From assembly GCA_965203055.1 (NCBI GenBank), contig OZ241863.1, positions 1,312,001-1,376,000 of the forward strand: a stretch of DNA of 64,000 nucleotides, in the 5' to 3' direction. Of this stretch, positions 39,538 to 49,000 are shown piece by piece (position 1 is the stretch's first letter; the number at the start of each line of letters is the position of its first letter). The stretch comes from Spirochaetia bacterium (lineage in GTDB: Bacteria > Spirochaetota > Spirochaetia > SZUA-6 > Bin103). The notes beneath the pieces are model-generated. The model was not told where the DNA came from, ran no database searches, and worked only from the letters and a program-made list of their open reading frames with translations. Made by a program: the position numbers and the translations under genes.

Positions 39538-41067
39538 GTGAAGAAAATACTGGTACTGGTGATGGCCGGGGCGGCCATGATGGTCGTTGCGGCCGGCGCA
39601 TGGGCGGCCGCGGGCGCGGAGAGCGCAGGCGCGGAGAGCGCAGCGACGGAGCGCGTCCACGTGACCGGGTTCTGGTCGGACGGCGTGCCGCCTCCCAAGG
39701 GCCGCATGCTGGACTATATCAACGACCGCTTCAACATCGATTTCGAAATAGTCGTGATCCCGATTGCCGAGTACACCGAGAAGCTGACGCTGGCGATGAC
39801 GGCCGGCGAGCTGGCCGATCTGATCCAGGTGCGCGCACCGACCGGACCCGGCGCCCGGCTGGTGCGGCAGATGATCGACGGCGAGATGGTGATCCCGCTG
39901 GATCCGTTTCTGGACGACTATCCCAATCTGAAGGCGTATCTGGAGATACCGGAGGCGAGCCGGTTCTCGAAGTGGGACGGACAGCACTACGTGGTGCCAA
40001 AGCGCTACTTCTACCACACCACCGGCTTCTACTATCGCAAGGATCTGCTGGACAAGTACAACCAGCAGATCCCGGAGACCATCGACGAATACGGCGAGGT
40101 GCTGAAGGTGGTGGCGCAGGGAGAAGGGATTCCGGGATATATCTCGCTTGGCCTCTACTTCGGCAACCACTACTTCTACGGCGCCTACACCGACGTTGGC
40201 TGGGGGCTGCCCGCGTGGCGCTGGGACGGCGGCAAGTACGTGGACATGTCGATCTCCGACGAGTGGCGCAAAGGCGTCGAGCTGCTGCGCCGGTTCTACG
40301 CCGACGGCGTGCTGGATCCGGAGTTCGTGGTGATGAGCGACTTCGCCAAGTTTCGGGAGAAGTTCACCACCGGCAAGGTGGCGGCGATACCGATTCACGT
40401 GGAGGCGAACTATTTCTACGATGAGATGGTGGGATTGACGGAAGACAGCATTCCGGGCGCCGACGTGTTCGTGACCCCGCCGCCGATGGCGCCGGGGGGA
40501 GCGCACAACGCGCTCACCGGATCGCCGTACGGGACCGTGGACATGCTGATCTCGTCGCAGGCGAAGCACCCCGATCGCATTCTGGCGCTGTGGGACTTCC
40601 TGTTCTCCGAGGATGGTGACTTGTTCAACTTCTACGGTATCGAGGGCGTCCACTGGACGCGCGACGCGGACGGCAACATCGTCCCCAACGAGGAGGAGTT
40701 GGCCAAGGACACGGGCAGTCCCTCCGATCCGATCTCGAAGTGGCGCTGGTTCTCGAACATCATGCCTGACTGGGTGCCGTCCTATTCGATCGAAATCGAG
40801 CGTCAGGAGGAGTTGATCGCCTGGGGCCAGAAACATGGCGTGTCGCCCTACGTGATCGGCTTCGCGTCTCCCACGCTGCAGCGCGCGCAGGCCGATCTGC
40901 AGAAGATACGAGATGAGTTCTACACCGGCTTCATCACCGGCGAGCGCGAGATGTCCGACTGGGACGAGTTCGTCAGCGAGTACCGGCGGGCCGGCTACGA
41001 CGAGCTGGAAGTGGAGGTGCAGGAGTACTGCGCCGACGACGCGTCCGGCAAGTGCCGGCGCCGGTAG
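39538..41067 (+). CDS. Carbohydrate ABC solute-binding protein
   Basis: MKKILVLV signal peptide (GTG 39538), YYRKDLLDKY...PETIDE, YGIEGVHW. Confidence 0.9.
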   Translation: MKKILVLVMAGAAMMVVAAGAWAAAGAESAGAESAATERVHVTGFWSDGVPPPKGRMLDYINDRFNIDFEIVVIPIAEYTEKLTLAMTAGELADLIQVRAPTGPGARLVRQMIDGEMVIPLDPFLDDYPNLKAYLEIPEASRFSKWDGQHYVVPKRYFYHTTGFYYRKDLLDKYNQQIPETIDEYGEVLKVVAQGEGIPGYISLGLYFGNHYFYGAYTDVGWGLPAWRWDGGKYVDMSISDEWRKGVELLRRFYADGVLDPEFVVMSDFAKFREKFTTGKVAAIPIHVEANYFYDEMVGLTEDSIPGADVFVTPPPMAPGGAHNALTGSPYGTVDMLISSQAKHPDRILALWDFLFSEDGDLFNFYGIEGVHWTRDADGNIVPNEEELAKDTGSPSDPISKWRWFSNIMPDWVPSYSIEIERQEELIAWGQKHGVSPYVIGFASPTLQRAQADLQKIRDEFYTGFITGEREMSDWDEFVSEYRRAGYDELEVEVQEYCADDASGKCRRR

Positions 41068-41156
41068 CGCCGGCGTTGGCTTGATTCAGGCGCCGCCGGC
41101 GGGGCGCCCCCCCGGCCGCCCTGCCGTCGGCACCGCGTGAGCAAGGAGGCGCACCG

Positions 41157-42719
41157 ATGCAAGGGGAATTCGATCCGCGGCGCCGGGAGTTGGCCGCCGA
41201 CCCCCACCGGCCGGCGTACCACTACCTGGCGCCGGCCAACTGGATGAACGACCCGAACGGCACGCTGTTCTGGCGCGGCCGTTATCACCTGTTCTATCAA
41301 TACAACCCCTACGGCGCGTACCATGGCGGTGACCGCGGTACCATGCACTGGGGCCACGCGGTGAGCGAAGATCTGGTGCACTGGCGCGACCTGCCGGTGG
41401 CGCTGGCGCCGGAGCCGGGTTCGCCCGACCGGGACGGCTGCTACAGCGGGGCCGCGTTCATTGACCGCAACGGCGTTCCCACGGCCATCTACCATGGCGT
41501 AGCGCCGGGCAGGGAGGGCGGGATCTGCATCGCCAGCAGCGGCGGCGAGCTGCTGGAGCGCTGGACCAAGCATCCCGCCAACCCGGTGATCCCCAACCCG
41601 ACGGCCGCCGACGAGTATCAGGTGGCCGGCGCTCCCTGCGCCTGGGTCGAGGGCGACGCCTACTACGCGGTCACCGGCGGGACCACGCCGCCGCGAGTGC
41701 GCCCGCCGATCACCCCGGGGGACTACCTGGGACGGGCCGACAGCCGCGACGTGGCGTACCTGTTTCGGTCTCGCGACCTGGAGCACTGGGAGTATCTGCA
41801 CCCGTTCTGCGAGGGCGGCCGCTTCACCGAAGGGGGCGAGGATATCGGCTGCCCCGACTTCTTCCCGCTCGGCGACCGCCACGTGCTGCTGTTCACCAGC
41901 CACCTGCGGGGCGCCCAGTATTACGTGGGCCGGTACGCCGGCCGGCGCTTCACGGCGCAGCGGCACAAGCGCTTTACCGTCGCCGAGACCGAACGTCTGG
42001 GGGTGTTCGCCGAGGGTCTCACCCTGCGCGACGAACAGGGCCGGCGGATCCTGTTCGGGCGCGTTCATGAAGGGGTGTACGGTCACGTGCAGCGCGCCTG
42101 GGGTTGGGCCGGCGTCATCACCCTGCCGATGGTGTTGACCCTGGCGGAGCGCGGCCGGGTGCACGTGGCTCCGGTGCCCGAGCTGCGGACCCTGCGCCGC
42201 GAGCATCGGGAGGTGGCCGGCGTGGACCTCGCGGCCGAGGCGGACTTGCCGCTGGAGGCGGTAAGCGGCGACCGGCTGGAGCTCGCGGTGAGCTTCCAGT
42301 GGCAGGACGCCGAGGAGTTTGGCCTCAAGGTGCGCTGCTCGCCGGATGATCGGGAGCAGACCCTGATCCGGATCCGCGCAACCGATTGGACCGCTTGGCG
42401 CGACCCCCGGCAGCCGCGCCGGCGCCAGGCGGAGTTGATTCTCGATGCCAGCCGTTCCAGCGTCAGCCCGCAGGTGGCCGACCGCGGGACGCAGCGTTGT
42501 CCGCTGGAGGTGGGCGGCGACGGGAACGTCGAACTGCGCGTGTTCGTGGACCGAAGCATGGTCGAGGTGTTCGCCGGCGGGGAGCATTACCTGGTGAAGC
42601 GCGTCTACCCGGCCAGCCGCGGCGCCACCGGGGTGCGGCTCTTTGCCCGCGGCGGCGGCGCCAGGGTGCGCCGGCTCGATGCCTGGCAGATGGAGCCGAT
42701 ATGGCCGCTTCAGGCGTGA
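41157..42719 (+). CDS. Glycoside hydrolase family 32 protein (atypical active site)
   Basis: WMNDPNG, YHLFYQYNP, HWGHAVSEDLVHW, C-terminal RVFVDRSMVEVF; the RDP and EC motifs are altered. Confidence 0.9.
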   Translation: MQGEFDPRRRELAADPHRPAYHYLAPANWMNDPNGTLFWRGRYHLFYQYNPYGAYHGGDRGTMHWGHAVSEDLVHWRDLPVALAPEPGSPDRDGCYSGAAFIDRNGVPTAIYHGVAPGREGGICIASSGGELLERWTKHPANPVIPNPTAADEYQVAGAPCAWVEGDAYYAVTGGTTPPRVRPPITPGDYLGRADSRDVAYLFRSRDLEHWEYLHPFCEGGRFTEGGEDIGCPDFFPLGDRHVLLFTSHLRGAQYYVGRYAGRRFTAQRHKRFTVAETERLGVFAEGLTLRDEQGRRILFGRVHEGVYGHVQRAWGWAGVITLPMVLTLAERGRVHVAPVPELRTLRREHREVAGVDLAAEADLPLEAVSGDRLELAVSFQWQDAEEFGLKVRCSPDDREQTLIRIRATDWTAWRDPRQPRRRQAELILDASRSSVSPQVADRGTQRCPLEVGGDGNVELRVFVDRSMVEVFAGGEHYLVKRVYPASRGATGVRLFARGGGARVRRLDAWQMEPIWPLQA

Positions 42720-42741
42720 GGGCGTCTACCATGGAGCGGGC

Positions 42742-43659
42742 ATGAAGGTGCTCGGCTTCGGGGCCGTCCTGTGGGACGACATTGTCGATCCCGCGGCACC
42801 CGCGACCGACTCGGTCGCGGGTGAGGCCAACATCGGCGGCGCAGTGTTCAACGTGGTCGTGCACCTGCAGCGCCTCGGTCATAGCGGCTACATGCTGAGC
42901 GCCATCGGCAATGACGCGCTCGGCGAGCGCACTTGGCGGGAGCTCGACCGGCTCGGTATCCGGCGCGACTTCATCGGCAGCGTGGCCGAGCCCACCTGCC
43001 TGATCGAGGTGACCTTCGACCGTGCCGGCCAGCCCGGCTACCGCATCCCCGGCCTGGTGTCGTGGGATCGGATCGAAGCGCCGGCCAACCTGGCCGCGGA
43101 AGTCGACGCCCTGGCCTTCGACGTACTGGTCTTCGGCACCCTGGAACAGCGTAGCGGCACCTCCCGGGCCACCCTCCGCAGCGTACTGGAGGGTGCCCGC
43201 TTCGGGCAGGTCTTCCTGGACCTGACTCTGCGCGGCGGTTGCTACGACCGCGATCTGCTCGACTATTCCATGCGCCGCGCCGACGTCATCAAGATGAACG
43301 ACCACGAGGCGCGGGTGGTGAATGAGCTGTTCGGCTTCGGGCGGCAGGATCTGCGGCAACTGCTTCCGGTGATCGCCCGCGAGTTCGGCAGCGAGCTGGT
43401 GTGCATTACCCTCGGCGCGGCGGGCGCGTTGGCGGGCGGCCGCGCCGAGGTGATCCATGCCCCGGGTTACCGCGTCGCGGTGCTCGACACGGTGGGCTGC
43501 GGCGACGCCTTCAGCGCCGGTCTGCTCCATCGCCTTGGCGCCGGGGCCTCACTCGCTGACGCGTGCGACTTCGCCAACCGGATGGGAGCGCTGATCTCCA
43601 CGAGGCGCAGCTCGATCCCGGACTATGATCTCGCCGAGATGGACCGCTTCCTGCGCTGA
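42742..43659 (+). CDS. PfkB family carbohydrate kinase (fructokinase-like)
   Basis: IGGAVFNV, IGNDALG, DTVGCGDAF. Confidence 0.92.
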   Translation: MKVLGFGAVLWDDIVDPAAPATDSVAGEANIGGAVFNVVVHLQRLGHSGYMLSAIGNDALGERTWRELDRLGIRRDFIGSVAEPTCLIEVTFDRAGQPGYRIPGLVSWDRIEAPANLAAEVDALAFDVLVFGTLEQRSGTSRATLRSVLEGARFGQVFLDLTLRGGCYDRDLLDYSMRRADVIKMNDHEARVVNELFGFGRQDLRQLLPVIAREFGSELVCITLGAAGALAGGRAEVIHAPGYRVAVLDTVGCGDAFSAGLLHRLGAGASLADACDFANRMGALISTRRSSIPDYDLAEMDRFLR

Positions 43660-43802
43660 GAAGCAGGAAGAAGGAGCGGTCCGTTGCCGACAATCAAGGT
43701 GGCATGGTGTACTATCGGCGCCGTTACGGCGTGGGTCGGGTGGTCAGGAGGATTACCTTCGTCAGCGAAGTTGCGACGGCTACTGAAGGGAAGAAGGCCG
43801 AA

Positions 43803-44376
43803 TTGATAGAGCTTTCGAAGAAGGCGTCGGTCGTGGTCGCCGCGGCGCTGTTCGCGCTGTTGCTGGCAGCGTGCGTCGAAGTGGTAAAGACCGGACCGAA
43901 GGGCGACCCGGGGGAACCCGCCGCCCCTGCTCCGGTATTATCCGTCTGCGTTCCCGGAGACGACCCCATTGCGGTACCCACCACGATCGGCGCGGGCGGT
44001 TTCGTCAGGCGCCCGGGGAGCCCGCACGAGGGTACCTACGAACATCGGTTCACCCTGCCGGCGGACGACGTGCTGCGCGCTCGGGTGTGGATTCAGCGTC
44101 CCGGAGAGACTCACCCCAGCGCTCGCCGCCACATTGTCGGCGGGGACCACGCACGGCACCACCTACACGCTGGAAGTGACTCCCATGACCGGCAAGGTGC
44201 AACTGCATCTCGTTGGCCACGGATACGGCCACGAATTGCCCCCCTCGCCGCCGCCGATAGTGGAGCGGATCGAGCAGCGTCTCGCAAGCTCGCACCCCGG
44301 CGCCGCGGTACTGGATTACGCGGTGGCCGCGCTCGCCGGCGTCAGGGTGTACGTACGCGTCTGTCCCCCCGCATGA
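43803..44376 (+). pseudogene. Putative lipoprotein with apparent frameshift near 44080-44110
   Basis: Lipobox LLLAAC and short GPKGDPG. Protein-like sequence continues in a second frame (LTPALAATL...VRVYVRVCPPA*). Confidence 0.4.
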
Positions 44377-44416
44377 CGGCCACGCCGGCGCGGCGCCTCA
44401 TGCGCGCCGGCGCGGG

Positions 44417-45280
44417 CTACCGCAGTCCGGGCACCCAGTTCAGCGCGATCGGCTCGGCCGCGCCGGCGTAGTCGATCTCGAACGGGCGCAACGCCGCGGC
44501 CAGTTCCGGCGCGGCGCCGGGCGGCAGCCGGTTGCCGCGCTCCACCGACGCCACCGTGGCTTGCGTGCGTTCCGGGAGGTCGGGGAACGCCGGGTAGTAC
44601 CACATGGTGAGGCAGGTGCGGCGCGCGCCGCTGCCATTGGCGTGGGAGGCGTGAAACAGGGTGCCGTACCCGACCACGAAGTCGCCGGCGCGCAGCGGTA
44701 CGTCCACTTCGTCGGCGTAGCGCGCGAACGCCGGATTGGCGCCGGGCGCCCGGTACTTGCGGTTCTCGTCGGTGTGCTGCTCCGGCACCAAGTCATGCAG
44801 CGCGTGGCGTCGCAGGTGGGAGCCGGGGACCACGCGCAGGCAGCCGTTCTCCGGGGTGGTGTCGGTCAGGTAGAACATCAGGAACGCCTGGATCGGGACG
44901 GGGGTGTAGCTCACCGGGTCGTTCCAGAAGCGGCCATCCTCGTGCCAGAACAGCGGCGGGCTGTGCGGCGGCTTGCTGATTACCCGCCCGTGGCCGAACT
45001 TGGGGGCGTGGAACCCCAGCCTCGCCAGCGCCTGCAGGATCGGCGGATAGGCGATGAACTCCGCGAACACCGGGTAGCGTTCGATGAACGGGCCGTTCAC
45101 CAGGATCATGCTGCCGGTAGCCACCTGCTCGGCAAAGTGGCGCTCGTCCTGCTCCGCCAGACTGGCGTCACTGGCCTCCCGGAGGCGGTCCAGGAGCCCC
45201 GCGTCCAACACGTCACGAAAGATGAAGAATCCGTCCCGATCGAACCGAGCCCGTTCCGCGCTCACGGTCGCCGCAGCCAT
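44417..45280 (-). CDS. PhyH family dioxygenase
   Basis: FDRDGFF, FWHEDG, ENGCLRVVPGSH, FHASHAN...RRT. Confidence 0.9.
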   Translation of the reverse strand: MAAATVSAERARFDRDGFFIFRDVLDAGLLDRLREASDASLAEQDERHFAEQVATGSMILVNGPFIERYPVFAEFIAYPPILQALARLGFHAPKFGHGRVISKPPHSPPLFWHEDGRFWNDPVSYTPVPIQAFLMFYLTDTTPENGCLRVVPGSHLRRHALHDLVPEQHTDENRKYRAPGANPAFARYADEVDVPLRAGDFVVGYGTLFHASHANGSGARRTCLTMWYYPAFPDLPERTQATVASVERGNRLPPGAAPELAAALRPFEIDYAGAAEPIALNWVPGLR

Positions 45281-45286
45281 GGCCAC

Positions 45287-45315
45287 ACCATACCGCCCCG
45301 CGCTCTCTCAATCAA
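45287..45315 (-). promoter_or_regulatory. Sigma70-type promoter, leaderless geometry
   Basis: TTGATT-17nt-TATGGT-6nt-ATG(45280). Confidence 0.65.
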
Positions 45316-45339
45316 TGCAGACGTTGCGACGCGGCGGGG

Positions 45340-45958
45340 ATTGAACTTGCGGTATCGCAGGACGCGCTGGCCCCGGCGGCCTCCGGCAGGCGCAGCACGG
45401 TGGTCGGACGGGTGGTGGTGACCAGCCAATCGATCAACTCGACGCGCAGCTCCTCCACCGCGGCGCAGTGCCGCGGCAGCGGGGCCAGGTTCTCCTGCTC
45501 CCACGGGTCTGCCCCCAGGTCGTACAACTCGGCGAAGCCGCGCTCCTCCCACTCGGCGCCGAAGCGGGCGAACATTCCGGCCGGGTAGTGCACGTAGCGG
45601 TAGGGGCCGTTGGGTGCGAACTCGGTCACCGCGATGTGGCGCACGGCGCCGCTCCGCCACGCAGCAGAAGGCCCAGGTCGTGGCCGTCGCCGGTCTCCAG
45701 GGCGTCCACTCCGGCCAGGGCGCTGACGGTGGCGGCGAAGTCGACGCTCTCCACCAGCTCGCCGGCCACGTGACCGGCGGGAAAGCGGCCCGGCCAGCGC
45801 CAGATGAACGGCACCCGGGTAATGGCGTCGGAGCATATCCCGGCGCCTTCTCCATGATCCCGAACTCGGCGGCGTAATCGCCGTGGTCGGACGAGTAGAC
45901 CACGATGGTGTCGTCCGCCAACCCGGCGTCATCCAGGAACTGCAGAAACTCGCCGTCA
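45340..45958 (-). pseudogene. Sulfatase C-terminal remnant, 5'-truncated and frameshifted
   Basis: DDTIVVYSSDHGD...EKAPG, RVPFIWRWPG...ESVDFAAT and ELYDLGADPWEQENLA are spread over three frames; the CxPxR-containing half is missing. Confidence 0.85.
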
Positions 45959-45968
45959 ATGGCTATGT

Positions 45969-45998
45969 TTTACAACGGACAAACCTTACACTTACGTT
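45969..45998 (+). promoter_or_regulatory. Sigma70-type promoter of the island, leaderless geometry
   Basis: TTTACA-18nt-TACGTT-6nt-GTG(46005) in an AT-rich patch. Confidence 0.55.
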
Positions 45999-46004
45999 CT
46001 ACCT

Positions 46005-49000
46005 GTGATAACCACGCATTTCGAGAAGTCCCCTAGCCCGCGTATCGTTCGGTCTGCGGAGGACGAGATCACGGCGATTCAGAGGCTTCTCTCTGATGTT
46101 TACCGGGACACCGGTGATGGGCGAACGCTTCTGCGCGAACTCATGCAGAATGCCGATGACGCGCAGGCGTCGCGGCTGGCGTTTGCCGTGGTCGATCAGG
46201 GGCTGCGTAATCCCCAAAACACTCTGCTTGGGGGGCCAGGGCTGATGGTCGTGAACGACGGCTCGTTTCTCGAGCGAGACCAGCGTGCCCTGCATCAAGC
46301 CATAGGAGACGCCAAGTCCGCCGACACGGAGAAGATCGGCCGGTTCGGGGTGGGTCTCAAGAGCGTGTTCCACGTCTGTGAGGCGTTCGTCTACCTCGGA
46401 GCAGAACCCAGAGAACCCGGACCCCCTACGCTCAGGCCGGGCGCCCTGAATCCATGGGCCGGCACCGGACAGGACGGCGACCAGGACCTGCTCCACCCCG
46501 ACTGGGACACCTTGGAACCCAGCGATGCGCAGGTCCTGTTGGACGCCGCCCGAGCAATCATCGGGTTCTTCACTTGCGGACTGCTGTTGTGGATTCCGCT
46601 GCGACGCCGGGCGCATCTCGACCGAGCCCAAGAGGGAGAGCAGGACGGTTTGGGGACAGACCTCGTCGATCCCAAACATGTTGTTACCTGGTTCAGGCAT
46701 CCAGATTCCCTGGCCCTGGTCCTCGCCCAGTGCGGACACCTGCGCTGTGTGGAGGCATTCCGCGCCGACACGATACCGGCATTGGACCCGCGCACCGCTC
46801 TGGTTCGCATCGACCGGCCCTGTTTCGAGAGGCGTTCGTGGGTAGGACGGTACCGTGATGATGACGTTCGTCGTACACGCACACGCACGTTCAAGGGGAT
46901 TATCCGCGCTGGCGACCAGAAGTGGTCCGTGGCGGGCGTCGATGCCGTTGGTCACAAGCGCCTGCGCGAAATCAGAGTGGCGTCAGATTGGCCAAAAGAT
47001 CGGGTTTATGTCGACGGCCGCCGTGATCGGGTTCCGCGCAAGGCGTTAGCTCACGCAGCTATAACCGTGCTGCACCGGCCGGCGGCTGCAACCGGCGGAG
47101 TACGCCTGCGCTGGGCCGTGTTTCTGCCGCTTGATGATGCTGTTAAACAGCCTTACGGGCCCCTCATTGAGACGGTAGAATGCGCCTCCAGCACGGGTTG
47201 GTGGGACATCATCATGCACGGCTACTTCTGGCCGTCCCACGACCGAAGATCGATCCCAGGCGTCACGGACGACGAATCGAGCGTACGAGGCCGGTGGAAC
47301 CGCGGCATCCGCGACGATCTGATGTTGCCGCTGCTTCCGCAAGCGCTCGAATTTGCGGTCCGCGATGTTCCGCAGGATGTCGCGGGCAGGCTGCTGGGTG
47401 CGGTCGACCGTACGGAGATCGTACGGAGAAACAACGCCGCCATCACGAAGAACCATGTGCTTCTGCCTGTTGTTACGGAATGTGGTATGAGGTGGAAGAC
47501 CTACCGTACCGATGAGGCGCGTGTGGTGGCCATTCCGTGGAAGGACGCTCCGAGCAGCGTGCGCAAGGCGTTCGTACGGCGAATCGACAGAGCCTCCGAC
47601 GTCATCTGCATCGACGACGCCGCACCGAGGATCGGGGGAACCCCGCGCGCTTGGCCCGCGGATTTGCTATGCGGTCTGTTGAGCTGCGTGTCCGTTGACT
47701 TGCTGCGAACGCCGCTGGGGTTAGCCTGGGTAGAGCATTGCATTAAGTCCGTCCTTGAGCGGCAGCACGACGATGACGACGACGCACGCCGTACGTCTGC
47801 GCGGCATCTGCGCCTTGCAGGTGGACGTCAGCGGACCGGGCAGGTTGCGGACTGGCTTGCAGAGAGGATCGGAGAAGGTGCGCTGACCGCTTGCTTCGAC
47901 AGCCCACCGGACACTCGACAGAATCTAAGGAAAACATGGCGGCGAGTGTACGAACGCCTGCCGAAAGAGTGGCTGATACCCGCTCCTGTCGAGAGCCAGC
48001 GCGCGGTTGTCGAACTCGCGGACGCGAAAGCTGTGGGTGCCGGGTTGTTGCCGATTCCGTTTGGGGTTCCGCGGGAGACGGCTGCGGCACACCCTGATCC
48101 GGAGCGACTGGACGGCGCCCTGCGGACCTTGGGGATTCTCTTGAGAAGAGAAGGGCTGCAAAGCGAGCATGACGCCCGGCTGATTCTGGCCGAGACCCTC
48201 CTCGCCATCCGTGATGCCCGGACCCTCGGTAATCAACTCGCCCAGTTGCCGCTGATTCGGGCGCTCTGCCTTCCCGAAGGAAGATACGAAGCGTGGTCCC
48301 AAGGCGATCTGCATCGGCGGGTCGCAGAACATCGTGTGTTCGCCCGCGGAGACGAACCATCGTCCGATCAAGTGGACGCCGGAGGTGGGGACGGTGTCGA
48401 TCCCGCTGGGGTACGGACCGGACGAGCTGGGCGGGCGGCCCGGCAACCCCGGCAGGCCGTCAAAGAACTCGCCGAGGCAGTCTGCAGCAGCTTCTGGCTT
48501 GTCCGTAGCATGCCCGCAACAGCGAAGGTGCGTCCGGTCAGTAATGAGGCTCTGGCCGGCGCACTGCTCCATGCCAAGGCGATCAGCAAGGACCCGGAGC
48601 CGAGAAAATCACTCTTAAGCGCTTTGGCCGCCGGAGCCGTAGGCTCGCTGGTCGGACGTGCCATGCGTGTGCTGCTCACCGGCGTGATGGCGGGTGGCTT
48701 AGAAGAGTGCGACATCTACCACGTTCGCAGCCGGGATAATCGAAGAACGCTGGACATTCTGCTCGGCGTCCGGCGCGAGTCATGGCGCGTCGCAGAGCCG
48801 AAACTGATCGATGCCCTTCCCCAACTGTTCGCCAGTCTGAGAATAAAGGAGATTGATCCGGGGGTGCTGCAAGAATTACTCCGGGAGACGTTGGATAAAT
48901 CCTCCGATGATGACTGGCAGCTCCTTCCGGAACCGGACGTGCTCCATCTGCTAAAGCACTTGTATGGGACAGATCGCGCGTTGTGGCGCGCAATGCCGCT

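Noticed and set aside
45999..46955. Antisense ORFs within the giant gene
   Set aside because: They have no recognisable motifs and lie opposite the conserved ATPase module.
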